Part shown: in pieces, positions 46,391-56,446 of the stretch
Position numbering within the stretch: position 1 is the stretch's first letter
Layout: every line of letters starts with the position of its first letter
Origin: a virus
Taxonomy: Duplodnaviria; Caudoviricetes
IMG/VR virus record: IMGVR_UViG_3300014205_009256
Location: 14,330 to 78,329 of that record
Length of the DNA: 64,000 bases
Reading direction: 5' to 3' (one strand)
Made by a program: the position numbers and the translations under genes
Notes under the pieces: generated by a model
Database searches by the model: none
Seen by the model: only the letters and a program-made list of their open reading frames with translations
Told to the model about the DNA's origin: nothing

Positions 46391-46642
46391 CTATCTGGTC
46401 TGAACGATGCCGATGTTGAACTCACGACCGTCCTTCATGCGCACCACAACACCGAAGTCGCTGACTTCCGGGGGCACCCCCGGAAGTTTGCCTGTCTCGG
46501 CGAAGGTGCTCACGCAGTCGATGCCGGTTTGGTAGTCCAGCAGCGGGTACGGCACGGGTATCTGCTGATCGTCGGTGAAGTCGGCGATGGTGATCGCCGC
46601 CAGCAGGTCGTACAAAAGTTGTTGCATGTCTTGGGGTGTCAT
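46391..46642 (-). CDS. Hypothetical protein
   Basis: 83 aa, GVVVRMKDGREFNI; contains the inverted motif pair. Confidence 0.7.
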   Translation of the reverse strand: MTPQDMQQLLYDLLAAITIADFTDDQQIPVPYPLLDYQTGIDCVSTFAETGKLPGVPPEVSDFGVVVRMKDGREFNIGIVQTR

Positions 46643-46651
46643 GGCGAGACC

Positions 46652-47107
46652 TCACTTGGCATTGATGGTGAACAGGCCGCGATCCGTTTTGGTGAACCGG
46701 CTGCCCCCGGAAGGGCCCTTGGTCGTGATCTCGCGGAGGATCGCGCTGTAGAGCGTGGCGGCCGGCGTTTTGCCCTTGGTCTGCCACATGCCCTTGTCGA
46801 GCATGGTCTGGACGATGTCTTTGCAGTGCATGGGTTCGCCCTTGTCTTTGAGGACCTGGGCGGCGGCGTCGAGGCCGCTGACCTTTTTCACCTTGGGCGG
46901 CTTGGGTGTTTTGCTTCCGGGGGCCTTGGGCTGCTTGCTCGCCTTCATCGCCTGGTCGATCGGCACACGGTCGGCAGCGACGGCGTGGGCGTTGGCGGCG
47001 GCGTCCTTCGCACGCACCGCTTCGACTGCCGCCTTGGTGTCGACGGGCTTGGCCTTGGGCTTCTTGCTCGTGGCGGGTTTCTTCGTGGTGGTTTTCTTGG
47101 ACTTCAT
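46652..47107 (-). CDS. Lys-rich tail plus HARE-HTH-like winged helix protein
   Basis: SGLDAAAQVLKDKGEPMHCKDIV...KGKTPAATLYSAILREI...GLF; basic N-terminus. Confidence 0.8.
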   Translation of the reverse strand: MKSKKTTTKKPATSKKPKAKPVDTKAAVEAVRAKDAAANAHAVAADRVPIDQAMKASKQPKAPGSKTPKPPKVKKVSGLDAAAQVLKDKGEPMHCKDIVQTMLDKGMWQTKGKTPAATLYSAILREITTKGPSGGSRFTKTDRGLFTINAK

Positions 47108-47167
47108 GATGGAATCTCCTATGGCCGTGTTGGGGCTGGCCGGGCCCGTGGTTTCCGGGGGCGGGGG

Positions 47168-47449
47168 TTACAGGCCGACTTCGTCGGCCAGACGGTTGAA
47201 CTGTTCAGGCCCGCCGAGGGTCTGAATCAGCAGTTCGCTGAACCATTGAACCTGTCGCTGCACGTTGGCGTCGTTGACGTGGGCCGGCTGGAGGTACGCG
47301 ATGATCGTGGCGATGGCCTGCGGCGAGAGGTTGTCGCGCAGCGCGTCGGTCAGCAGGTCTTGCGGTTGGGGATCGTCGGGAACGCTGACGCGGACGGTGG
47401 TGCCGTCGGGTCGCGTGTGCGGGTACGTTTTGGTCTTCGACTTGGTCAT
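47168..47449 (-). CDS. Hypothetical protein
   Basis: 93 aa; AGGAGA RBS. Confidence 0.65.
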   Translation of the reverse strand: MTKSKTKTYPHTRPDGTTVRVSVPDDPQPQDLLTDALRDNLSPQAIATIIAYLQPAHVNDANVQRQVQWFSELLIQTLGGPEQFNRLADEVGL

Positions 47450-47479
47450 GACAATCTCCTGCGTATGTGGTTCGGGGGT

Positions 47480-47683
47480 TCAGACATGGTTGCGGCGGGC
47501 TTCAGTGCGCTTGATGCGCCGGTCCAGTTCGCTGGTGACCTGTCCCAATTCGCTTCGGGTCTGTTCGAGCTTGCGCGTCCAACGGCGCTGGCGGCAGGTC
47601 CAGACCTGGCTGACCAACTCGTCGCAGCGTCGGCACAGGTCATGGTCGTTGAGGTCTCGAAGGTTGGTGGTGTCTCTGGTCAT
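47480..47683 (-). CDS. Small coiled-coil hypothetical protein
   Basis: 67 aa; GGAG RBS. Confidence 0.5.
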   Translation of the reverse strand: MTRDTTNLRDLNDHDLCRRCDELVSQVWTCRQRRWTRKLEQTRSELGQVTSELDRRIKRTEARRNHV

Positions 47684-47707
47684 GGCGTGCTCCGGTGGTG
47701 GGTGGCT

Positions 47708-47977
47708 TCAGTCCTGAAAGCGTTGCATGTCCCGGAAGTAGTCGTGGACCATGCTGTTGGTGCCGTTACATCCGTCGGTGCGTTGCTGGACCTCGACGGC
47801 GACCTTGAACAAATCTTCGTCGCCGACGGCGGCGGGCAGTTCCCACGTTTTCCAGACCTGCTGGTGCCGGTCAGGGTTGCGCAAAACGCTGTCGATGCGG
47901 ATGGTGGGGCCGCCCGGCGCTTTCTCGATGGTGAGGTGGCCGGCGGCTCCTTCAAATTCGATTCGCGTGATCAACAT
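47708..47977 (-). CDS. Hypothetical protein
   Basis: MLITRIEFEG; AGGAGA RBS. Confidence 0.65.
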   Translation of the reverse strand: MLITRIEFEGAAGHLTIEKAPGGPTIRIDSVLRNPDRHQQVWKTWELPAAVGDEDLFKVAVEVQQRTDGCNGTNSMVHDYFRDMQRFQD

Positions 47978-48132
47978 GGTGGTCTCCTGCATGGGTGGGT
48001 TCGCGTTCTTACAGGACACATTCAGCCATCGGGGTGGCGGAACATCAAGGCCTAAATCCAGTAATTCCAGCTATTTAATATGTACGCGGACGGGCGGGCC
48101 GGTCATGCAAAACTCGGTCCAAACGCCGCAGA

Positions 48133-48327
48133 ATGGAGCCGAAAATCGACCCGAATTCTCTCACCCTTACGGACATGGCCAAGCTGCTGGCGGCGGCGGG
48201 CGGCAAACGCATCACCGTCGAGCAGGTCCAGGCGGATGTGGACGCCGGCGCGCCGGTCGGCGCTGACGGCCGCATGAACCTCGTGCATTACACCGCGTGG
48301 CTGCTTCAGAAAGTCCAAGGCCAATGA
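48133..48327 (+). CDS. Small HTH protein, terminase small subunit-like
   Basis: IDPNSLTLTDMAKLL...DGRMNLVHYTAWL; directly before terminase. Confidence 0.65.
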   Translation: MEPKIDPNSLTLTDMAKLLAAAGGKRITVEQVQADVDAGAPVGADGRMNLVHYTAWLLQKVQGQ

Positions 48328-50639
48328 CCCCCGGAAGTCACCAACTCGATCCCCGGAATCTGCGCGTGGCCGAAGCCGTGCGATTGCTCAACGCCACGCC
48401 GCTGGGCGAGGTGGTGCAACCGCATGTGGTCTATCGCCATCTGAACCGGGCGGCGTACAAGATCGGCGACGGCAAACGCATCGACCTGGTGCGCTATGCC
48501 GCATGGCTGTTCCATGCAAGACATGAACCTTCCGTGGGTGAACCCGGTTGGACCGAGAGTAATTACGAATCCCACAAAGATGCGGTCAACGCGCGCAGCC
48601 GCGCCAGTTCCGAATCGTCGCGCGACATCGCAAGTGAGGGCTGGGTCCATCCCCCGATGAACCCGGATCGCAAGGCAGTGTGCTGCTCCAGCTTCCGGGG
48701 GTTCTGCGAACAGTATTTTCCGCAGACCTTTCATCTGGCGTGGTCGCAGGACCATCTGAAGGTGATCGCCAAGATCGAGAATGCGGTTCTGGGCGGCGGG
48801 CTGTTTGCGATGGCGATGCCGCGCGGGTCGGGCAAAACGACGTTGTGCGAGACGGCGTGTCTGTGGGCGATGGTATATGGCCATCAGGAGTTCGTAGCGC
48901 TGATCGGGTCGGATGAAGATCACGCAGCGGACATGCTGGATGCGATCAAGAGTGAACTGGAGAACAACGATCTGCTGGAGGAGGATTTTAGTGAAGTGTG
49001 CGGGCCGATTCGCGCTTTGGAGGGGATTCATCAGCGGGCGGCCGGTCAGTTGTATCAAGGCGCGCGGACGCATGTGGGCTGGACGGCGAAGGAGATTATT
49101 CTGCCGACGGTGCCGGGCAGCCCCGGATCGGGTGCCATCATTCGTGTGGCAGGCATCACCGGTCGCATCCGTGGTATGAAGTTCAAGCGGCCCGACGGCA
49201 AGAGCGTGCGGCCGTCTCTGGTGTTGTTGGATGATCCGCAGACCGACGAATCGGCACGCAGCCCCAGTCAGTGCGCGACGCGCGAGCAGATTCTGGCCGG
49301 CGCGATCCTCGGCCTGGCCGGACCCGGGCACAAGATCGCGGGACTGATGACGCTGACGGTGGTGCGACCCGATGATATGGCCGACCGGATTCTGGACCGA
49401 GATAAGCATCCGCAGTGGCAGGGAGAGCGGACGAAGATGGTCTATGCCTTCCCCGCCCCCGGAAGTAAGGGCGAAAAACTCTGGCAGCAATATGCGCAAG
49501 TCCGCGCCGAGGGCCTGCGGAATGATCGCGGCGTCGAGGATGCGACGGAGTTCTATCGCAAACATCAGGACCAGATGGACGAGGGCGTCGAGGTCGCCTG
49601 GCCGGAACGTCACAACCCCGACGAGTTGAGCGCGATCCAGCACGCGATGAATCTCAAACTCGATCAGGGCGACGCGGCGTTCTGGGCTGAATATCAGAAC
49701 GAACCCCCGGAAGTGGATCAGGGCGATGATCTTCTCGATCCGGGGGCCATCGCGGGGAAAACCAACGGCATGAAACGCGCCGACGTGGCCGTTGGTGTGA
49801 ACCACGTCACCATGTTCATCGACGTGCAGGGGGCGCTGCTGTTCTGGATGGTGTGCGGTTGGGAGGACGATTTCACCGGCTACGTCCTGGACTACGGCGC
49901 GTATCCCGACCCCCGGAAGGCGTACTTCACGCTTCGGGAAACCAAACGCACTTTGATGACCGTCCATTCCGGGGGTGGCCAAGAGGCCGCGATCTATGCC
50001 GGGCTGGAAGCGCTGACCAACGACCGGCTCGGGAGAAAATTCCGCCGCGATGACGGTGCGGAGATGGCGATTGAGCGGTGTCTGATCGACGCGAACTGGG
50101 GTAACAGCACCGATGTGGTTTACCAGTTCTGCCGGCAGTCTTCGCACGCGGCCATCGTGATGCCCAGCCACGGGCGCTACGTCGGTGCTGCCAGCACACC
50201 GTTCGGTGATTACAAACCCAAACGCGGTGATCGTGTGGGATTGCATTGGCGTATTCCGAGCGTGCAAGGCCGCAGGAACGTGCGATATACGTTGATCGAC
50301 ACGAATTACTGGAAGAGTTTTGTGCAGACCCGCCTGGCGGTGTCGATGGGTGCCCCGGGTTGTTTGTCGCTATTCGCGCCGGACGTTGCGGCCGGGGGGC
50401 ACCAGCTTCTGTCCGAACATCTGACCGCCGAATACCGCGTGAAGACAAGTGGCCGGGGCCGGGAACTCGATGAATGGAAGCTCCGTCTTCCGGGGTCGGA
50501 CAACCACTGGCTCGACTGCCTGGTGGGTTGCGCGGTGGGTGCTTCCATGCAGGGCGCGGTGTTGTTCGGCACCGATGTGCGGCAGGAGCGGAACCGGCCT
50601 CGGATCAAATTGTCATCTCTTCAAGGAAAGCGCCGATGA
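48324..50639 (+). CDS. Terminase large subunit (lambda gpA-like) with N-terminal HTH extension
   Basis: MPRGSGKT Walker A, LVLLDDPQ Walker B, MFIDVQ nuclease, NHWLDCLVG. Confidence 0.9.
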   Translation: MTPGSHQLDPRNLRVAEAVRLLNATPLGEVVQPHVVYRHLNRAAYKIGDGKRIDLVRYAAWLFHARHEPSVGEPGWTESNYESHKDAVNARSRASSESSRDIASEGWVHPPMNPDRKAVCCSSFRGFCEQYFPQTFHLAWSQDHLKVIAKIENAVLGGGLFAMAMPRGSGKTTLCETACLWAMVYGHQEFVALIGSDEDHAADMLDAIKSELENNDLLEEDFSEVCGPIRALEGIHQRAAGQLYQGARTHVGWTAKEIILPTVPGSPGSGAIIRVAGITGRIRGMKFKRPDGKSVRPSLVLLDDPQTDESARSPSQCATREQILAGAILGLAGPGHKIAGLMTLTVVRPDDMADRILDRDKHPQWQGERTKMVYAFPAPGSKGEKLWQQYAQVRAEGLRNDRGVEDATEFYRKHQDQMDEGVEVAWPERHNPDELSAIQHAMNLKLDQGDAAFWAEYQNEPPEVDQGDDLLDPGAIAGKTNGMKRADVAVGVNHVTMFIDVQGALLFWMVCGWEDDFTGYVLDYGAYPDPRKAYFTLRETKRTLMTVHSGGGQEAAIYAGLEALTNDRLGRKFRRDDGAEMAIERCLIDANWGNSTDVVYQFCRQSSHAAIVMPSHGRYVGAASTPFGDYKPKRGDRVGLHWRIPSVQGRRNVRYTLIDTNYWKSFVQTRLAVSMGAPGCLSLFAPDVAAGGHQLLSEHLTAEYRVKTSGRGRELDEWKLRLPGSDNHWLDCLVGCAVGASMQGAVLFGTDVRQERNRPRIKLSSLQGKRR

Positions 50640-50842
50640 ACGAGACCTTCGACCTCATATCGCAACCGCCGCGTGGTCTGGAATGTCCCCGATGCGGATG
50701 CGGGCATTTTGAAGTGGTGAAGGTCTGCCAGGGACCGGGCTATGTGCGCCGCCGGCGTGAATGTCGTCACTGCGGTCGGCGCGTCACCACGACCGAACGC
50801 ATCGTCGGCGCGGGTGCCAACACTGTCCGGGGGCACCGGTAG
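50636..50842 (+). CDS. Zinc-ribbon protein (NrdR N-terminal-like)
   Basis: CPRCGC...VRRRRECRHCGRRVTT. Confidence 0.7.
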   Translation: MNETFDLISQPPRGLECPRCGCGHFEVVKVCQGPGYVRRRRECRHCGRRVTTTERIVGAGANTVRGHR

Positions 50843-51160
50843 ACCCTATCTGCAATCCAGCATGCTGCGAACAACCATTGGCACTCCATGTCCTGTCCTA
50901 TTGGTTTATGCGAATGTGCGCTTACACCACCGTCCAATGGCCGCCGGGCCTGACACCTTCGGCGATCCGTCATTGTCCGCTTGCCTTTCGTGATGACGCG
51001 ATTCAGGCCGCATGGCTGGCTCACGCCCAGGGCCGCAAGCCCGACTCGGCGGTGCGGGCACTGGTGCGCCACGAACAAAGACACCGGGCCAGCAAACCCA
51101 ACTTTGATATCTGCCCGGCCCATTCGGTGGCCGTGCGTTTTTGACCCGTGAAAGACACCC

Positions 51161-51358
51161 ATGGCCGACAACCTGACTCAAACCATCGAGACCAACGCCA
51201 ATGGCCCCAAGCGTGCCAAGGGCGATAGCGCCGAGATGGAGCAGCACGGTCTGCCCGACCAGATCGCCGCCGACCGTTACCTGGCCAGCAAGAACGCCAC
51301 GCGCCGCAAGGGACTGGGCATCACCATGAAGAAACTCAGCCCTCCCGGTGTTGATTAG
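51161..51358 (+). CDS. Head completion protein (gpW-like position)
   Basis: 65 aa between terminase and portal. Confidence 0.6.
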   Translation: MADNLTQTIETNANGPKRAKGDSAEMEQHGLPDQIAADRYLASKNATRRKGLGITMKKLSPPGVD

Positions 51359-51366
51359 GAGCCATC

Positions 51367-52887
51367 GTGTTCAGCATGCTGCGCAACATCTTCGGTTCAC
51401 GCACCACGGCAGCGCGCCCCGCGCTACGTCCGCCGGTGCGCGTACCGATCGTGCGCGGGCGCTACGACGCGGCGGCGACCACCGATGAGAATCGCAGGCA
51501 CTGGGCCAATGCCGATCTGCTGTCGCCCAACGCCGCCAATAGTGCATCGGTGCGGCGCGTTCTCCGATCCCGCGCCAGATACGAGGTGGCGAACAATTCC
51601 TATGCGCGCGGCATCGTGCTGACACTGGCGAACGACACCGTGGGCACCGGCCCGCGGCTTCAGTTGCTGACGGAAGATGAACAGGCCAACCGCTTTGTCG
51701 AACTGGCATTCGCCCAGTGGGCCGACGCGATCTGCCTGGCCGAAAAGCTCCGCACCATGCGCATCGGCCGCGCCGAATCCGGCGAATGCTTCGGCATGCT
51801 GGTGGCCAACCCCCGCATAAATTCACCGGTCCAACTCGACCTGCGCCTGATCGAAGCCGATCAAGTGGCTACGCCCCTGGCCATCGGTGCTGAACGGCGA
51901 ATGGTCAGCAATGTCGATGGCATCGTGCTCGACGCCTACGGCAACCCCATCGAATACCACGTCCTGTCCACCCATCCCGGTGACGGCATGGCGTTTGGTT
52001 CATCGCTCACCAAGGCCAACGTTCTGCACGTGCCCGCCGATGCGATGGTGCATTACTTCCGCGTGGATCGGCCCGGCCAGACACGGGGCATCCCGGAGAT
52101 TACCCCGGCGCTACCCCTGTTCGCTCAGTTGCGGCGCTACACGCTGGCGGTGATCGCGGCGGCGGAAACAGCCGCCGACTTCGCGGCGGTGCTCTACACC
52201 GACGCCCCCGCCAACGGCGAAGCCGATGCCGTCGAGCCGATGGACATCGTCGAACTGGAACGCCGCATGGCGACGGTACTTCCCGGTGGTTGGAAGCTGG
52301 GGCAGGTGACGGCGGAGCAGCCCGCCACCACCTACGCCGAGTTCAAACAGCAGATTCTCAACGAGATCGCGCGTTGCCTGAACATGCCGTTCAACATCGC
52401 GGCGGGCAATTCGTCGGGCTACAACTACGCATCGGGCCGTCTCGACCATCAGACCTATTACAAATCCATCCGCGTGGACCAGGCGCACATGGCGCGCATG
52501 GTCCTCGACCCGATCTTCCGCGCGTGGCTGAACGAAGCCGTGCTCATCGAAGGGTTCCTCCCCCAATCCATGCGCCGCACCGATTCGTTGCTCACCGTCC
52601 AGCGAAGGGGTTGGTTCTGGGATGGGGTCGAGCATGTGGACCCGGCGAAGGAAGCGAACGCCCAGGCGACGCGGCTGCAAAGCAACACCACCACGCTGGC
52701 GTATGAGTACGCGCGCCAGGGCCGCGACTGGGAAACCGAACTGCGTCAACGCGCCAAAGAAGTGGCGCTCATGAAGGAATTGGGATTACCGCTCTCGCAG
52801 GCGATGCCCGCCCCCACCATCGATCCGAATCAGGAGTCCGACAATGCCTCAGGCGATACAGCCACAGCAATGCGCCAAGCCGCTTGA
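51367..52887 (+). CDS. Portal protein, lambda family
   Basis: RSRARYEVANNSYARG, RPGQTRGIPE, GYNYASGR, HVDPAKEA. Confidence 0.93.
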   Translation: MFSMLRNIFGSRTTAARPALRPPVRVPIVRGRYDAAATTDENRRHWANADLLSPNAANSASVRRVLRSRARYEVANNSYARGIVLTLANDTVGTGPRLQLLTEDEQANRFVELAFAQWADAICLAEKLRTMRIGRAESGECFGMLVANPRINSPVQLDLRLIEADQVATPLAIGAERRMVSNVDGIVLDAYGNPIEYHVLSTHPGDGMAFGSSLTKANVLHVPADAMVHYFRVDRPGQTRGIPEITPALPLFAQLRRYTLAVIAAAETAADFAAVLYTDAPANGEADAVEPMDIVELERRMATVLPGGWKLGQVTAEQPATTYAEFKQQILNEIARCLNMPFNIAAGNSSGYNYASGRLDHQTYYKSIRVDQAHMARMVLDPIFRAWLNEAVLIEGFLPQSMRRTDSLLTVQRRGWFWDGVEHVDPAKEANAQATRLQSNTTTLAYEYARQGRDWETELRQRAKEVALMKELGLPLSQAMPAPTIDPNQESDNASGDTATAMRQAA

Positions 52888-54925
52888 ACTGACGGCGGTG
52901 TGCGAGTTCCAGATCACAGCCAGCGCTCAAGCTGGCGACGGTGGTGCGCCGGCGTTGCCTCGCTTCCGCATGGTGGCTTACACCGGCGGGCCGATGCGTG
53001 TGGCCGGTTGGAAATTCCCCGTGATCGTCGATCTGGCCGGGCTGGACATCCCCTCGCAGAACCGACCGATTCGTTTCAGCCACGATCCGTCCGCCGGGAG
53101 TGGCATTGGGCACAGCGACGCCGTCCGCGTCGAGGCCGGCCAGTTGATCGCCACGGGCGTGGTCTCGCGCGACACACCGGCGGCGAAGGAAGTCGTCGTC
53201 TCCTCGAAGAACGGATTCCCCTGGCAGGCGTCGATCAACGCATCCGTCGATCAGTTCGAGTTCGTCGCCGAGAACAAACAGGTCATCGTCAACGGTCGCA
53301 CGTTCGACGGGCCTGTAAACGTAGTGCGTAAAGCCACGCTCGGCGAAATCAGCTTCGTGGACCTGGGCGCGGACGGCAAAACGTCGGCCCAGATCGCCGC
53401 CCGTCAAACCCTCTCTCAATTGGAGAACCCCACTATGACTCTCAACGCATCCGACACGACCGCTGCGGGCGCCCCCAGCCCCGTCACCGAACCCCCGGCC
53501 ACGCCGCCCGCTGTGGCGGCGGCGGCCGCGCCCGTGATTGCCGCCGCGTCCCCCGCTGGTGAGCAACACACCGCCGATCAGATTCGCGCCGCGGCGCTGG
53601 CCGAAACGACCCGCATCACCAGCATCCGTCGCATCTGCGCCGGCAAGTACGGCGATGTGGAAGCCAAGGCGATCGGCGAAGGGTGGGATGCGACGAAGAC
53701 CGAACTGGAAGTGCTGCGCGCCTCGCGGCCGCAGGCCCCCGGCATCTTTGTTCCGAACCTCACCGCCGACCAGACCGCCAACGGTTCGATGCTCGAAGCG
53801 GCCTGCCTGCTCACCGCCAAACTCGATCACGTCGAGAAACTCTATGACGAGCAGACGCTGGACGCCGCCAGCAAACGCTTTCGGGGGGGCATCGGCCTCC
53901 AGGAATTGCTCATGGAAGCGGCCTGGGCCAACGGTTACAACGGCCGCAACTTCCGCGACCCCCGGAATGTGTTGCGGTGCGCGTTCGGACTCGACAGTCC
54001 GATGAATGTCGCCGCTTCCGGGGGCGGGGTGAGCACGATTGATATCGGCGGCATCCTGTCCAACGTGGCCAACAAGTTCCTGCTCGATGGGTTTTTCAGC
54101 GTCGAACGTGTGTGGCGAAACATCTGCGCCGTCCGCAACGTCAGCGACTTCAAAACCGTCACCAGTTACCGGCTGATCGGCAATGATCAGTATGAGAAGG
54201 TCGCGCCCAGCGGTGAACTGAAACACGGCACGCTCGGCAACGAGACCTACACCAACAAAGCCGACACCTACGGCCTGATGCTGGGCATCGACCGGCGCGA
54301 CATGATCAACGACGACCTCGGTGCGATCACCACGGTTCCCCGGAAGTTGGGGCGCGGGTCGGGTCTGAAAATCAACGATGTGTTCTGGACGATGTTCATC
54401 GCCAATTCCGGGGGCGCGTTCTTCGCCGCCGGGAACAAGAATTACCTGACCGGCACGGACACGGTGCTGAGCATCGACGGTCTGACCAAGGCCGAGGTCG
54501 CCTTCCTCGAACAGGTCGACGGCGACGGCAAGCCCATCGGCATCATGCCCGCCATCGTGCTGGTGCCCACCGCTCTGTCCGCCATCGGCACGCAACTCTA
54601 CAAGTCGGTCGAACTGCGCGACACGACCGCCAGTACGAAGTATCCGATCGCCAACCCCCACCAGGGCAAATTCCGCGTCGAAGTCAGCCGGTATCTGGCC
54701 AACTCCCAATACACCGGCAACAGCAGTAAGGCGTGGTATCTGCTGGCCGATCCCAACGATCTGCCGGTGATCGAGGTCGCGTTCCTGAACGGTCAGGAAT
54801 CACCCACCATCGAAACCGCCGAAGCAAACTTCAACATGCTGGGCATTCAGATGCGCGGCTACCACGACTTCGGCGTGAATCTCCAGGACCCGCGCGGCGG
54901 CGTGAAGAGCAAGGGCGAGGCCTAA
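52844..54925 (+). CDS. Prohead protease-major capsid fusion (Mu-like capsid)
   Basis: N-terminal FRMVAYTGG...PIRFSHD...WQASI...LGEISFV protease; Ala/Pro linker; capsid with DDLGA and EVAFLNG. Confidence 0.88.
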   Translation: MPQAIQPQQCAKPLELTAVCEFQITASAQAGDGGAPALPRFRMVAYTGGPMRVAGWKFPVIVDLAGLDIPSQNRPIRFSHDPSAGSGIGHSDAVRVEAGQLIATGVVSRDTPAAKEVVVSSKNGFPWQASINASVDQFEFVAENKQVIVNGRTFDGPVNVVRKATLGEISFVDLGADGKTSAQIAARQTLSQLENPTMTLNASDTTAAGAPSPVTEPPATPPAVAAAAAPVIAAASPAGEQHTADQIRAAALAETTRITSIRRICAGKYGDVEAKAIGEGWDATKTELEVLRASRPQAPGIFVPNLTADQTANGSMLEAACLLTAKLDHVEKLYDEQTLDAASKRFRGGIGLQELLMEAAWANGYNGRNFRDPRNVLRCAFGLDSPMNVAASGGGVSTIDIGGILSNVANKFLLDGFFSVERVWRNICAVRNVSDFKTVTSYRLIGNDQYEKVAPSGELKHGTLGNETYTNKADTYGLMLGIDRRDMINDDLGAITTVPRKLGRGSGLKINDVFWTMFIANSGGAFFAAGNKNYLTGTDTVLSIDGLTKAEVAFLEQVDGDGKPIGIMPAIVLVPTALSAIGTQLYKSVELRDTTASTKYPIANPHQGKFRVEVSRYLANSQYTGNSSKAWYLLADPNDLPVIEVAFLNGQESPTIETAEANFNMLGIQMRGYHDFGVNLQDPRGGVKSKGEA

Positions 54926-55003
54926 CCCTCCCCGGAAGTAAGAGCAGCGCGCAGGGCGTAGTCAACAACAGTGATCAGACTCTCAACATAAAGGATCGAT
55001 TCG

Positions 55004-55345
55004 ATGAGTACAGCAAACTTCGTTCAAGACGGCAACAGCATCGACTACACCCCTTCGGCAGATGTGTCCGGCGGCAGTGTGGTGGTCCAGGGTGACTTGA
55101 TCGGCGTGGTGAAGCGCGACATCGCCGCCAACACGCTGGGCGCGCTGGCAGTCACCGGCGTGTTCGATTTGCCCAAAGCCGCCGGCACCAGCACCGCCAT
55201 CGCCGCAGGCGTGAAAACGTACTGGGACGTGGCCGACCAGCAGGCCAAGGCCGACTCGGAAACCGGTGCCAACAAGTATCTCGGCAAGACCGTCCGCGCC
55301 GCCGCCGATGCCGACACCACCGCTCGCATTCGTTTGGAGCAATAA
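55004..55345 (+). CDS. DUF2190 family capsid-associated protein
   Basis: FVQDGNSIDYTP...GVFDLPKA. Confidence 0.88.
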   Translation: MSTANFVQDGNSIDYTPSADVSGGSVVVQGDLIGVVKRDIAANTLGALAVTGVFDLPKAAGTSTAIAAGVKTYWDVADQQAKADSETGANKYLGKTVRAAADADTTARIRLEQ

Positions 55346-55361
55346 CCCCCGGAAGCAAACC

Positions 55362-55730
55362 ATGCCCGACCTGCTGCGACAAGGTGCTGTATGGCTGGAA
55401 CAGATGCGCACGACGCACTGCACCAGTGTCGTCACGTACAGCGCGCCCAACAGCACGCCCGACACCTACTCGGTCAACGCGACCTACGGCAAGACCGAGT
55501 TCCAGATCGTGGATGAATCCGGCCTGACCGTCGGGGCCCATGTGTGGGATTTCCTCATTCTGGCGGCGGAACTGCCGGGCGTCGAACCGTCACCGGGCGA
55601 TGTGATCACGGCCGACGGCCGCAAGTTTGAAGTGCTGCCTTTGGGCGCAGACTTCCGGGGGTGGCGCTGGAGTGATCCGTACCGACAGACCTACCGCATT
55701 CACACCAAGGACATCGGCCCGTCGACATGA
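55362..55730 (+). CDS. Head-tail joining protein
   Basis: DFLILAA...PSPGDVI...YRIHTK; position. Confidence 0.7.
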   Translation: MPDLLRQGAVWLEQMRTTHCTSVVTYSAPNSTPDTYSVNATYGKTEFQIVDESGLTVGAHVWDFLILAAELPGVEPSPGDVITADGRKFEVLPLGADFRGWRWSDPYRQTYRIHTKDIGPST

Positions 55731-55751
55731 CGAGCGGCCAGGAGCAACACC

Positions 55752-56138
55752 ATGATTCGTCGCTGGCTTCATTCGGTGGACATCGCCTACGACCCGGCCA
55801 CGGGTTCGATTCTGACGGCCCCGGCGTCTGCGGGTGCGATCCACTGCGGCACCAAGATCGTCGCCGCCGCCGCGACGCCCGAAGCGTTGGTCAGTGAGTT
55901 GCCGCCCGGTGTGGATGCGGATCAGGCCGCTGTCTGCTCGGTCTGGATCGGCGCGCGGGTGGATGCCAACGGCAACGCGCAGAACACGATGCCCTGTTTC
56001 ATCGGCGACGCCGCCGTGCAGACCCTTCCGCTGCTGCCCAGCAACTACGAGGGATTCTTCCTCCGTATCGACCCCCGGAAGTTGTTCATCAAAGTCGGGG
56101 TCAACGGGCAGGGTGTGAACTACGCCATCTTCAGTTGA
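55752..56138 (+). CDS. Hypothetical protein
   Basis: 128 aa; AGGAG RBS. Confidence 0.65.
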   Translation: MIRRWLHSVDIAYDPATGSILTAPASAGAIHCGTKIVAAAATPEALVSELPPGVDADQAAVCSVWIGARVDANGNAQNTMPCFIGDAAVQTLPLLPSNYEGFFLRIDPRKLFIKVGVNGQGVNYAIFS

Positions 56139-56149
56139 GGAACGATCTC

Positions 56150-56446
56150 ATGCTGACCTCGGATCAAAAGATGCGAATGTTGCAAGTGCTGCTGAGCGAT
56201 CCGCCCGACGCGGCGGACCTGGCGGCGCTGCCGACGGCGCTGAGTAAACCTCTGAACGATCTGTTCCAGACGTTCGGCAAACTCCAACGCCAGGACAAGG
56301 CGGCGTTCGGTCGGCAGGTCCATCAGATCACCCACCAGCAACTTCAGCTGCGCCGACACCAGCAGATGCAGGCCAACGCTGGTAACTCGGCCTCGCCCAG
56401 CAAAGAAATACTTCCGGGGGCGGGGGAGGGGGTGACGCATGGCTGA
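56150..56446 (+). CDS. Hypothetical protein
   Basis: About 98 aa; overlaps next start. Confidence 0.55.
   Translation: MLTSDQKMRMLQVLLSDPPDAADLAALPTALSKPLNDLFQTFGKLQRQDKAAFGRQVHQITHQQLQLRRHQQMQANAGNSASPSKEILPGAGEGVTHG

Noticed and set aside
50906-51144. Small ORF between the zinc-ribbon and head completion genes
   Set aside because: Start and frame ambiguous, no recognisable motif; not listed as a feature
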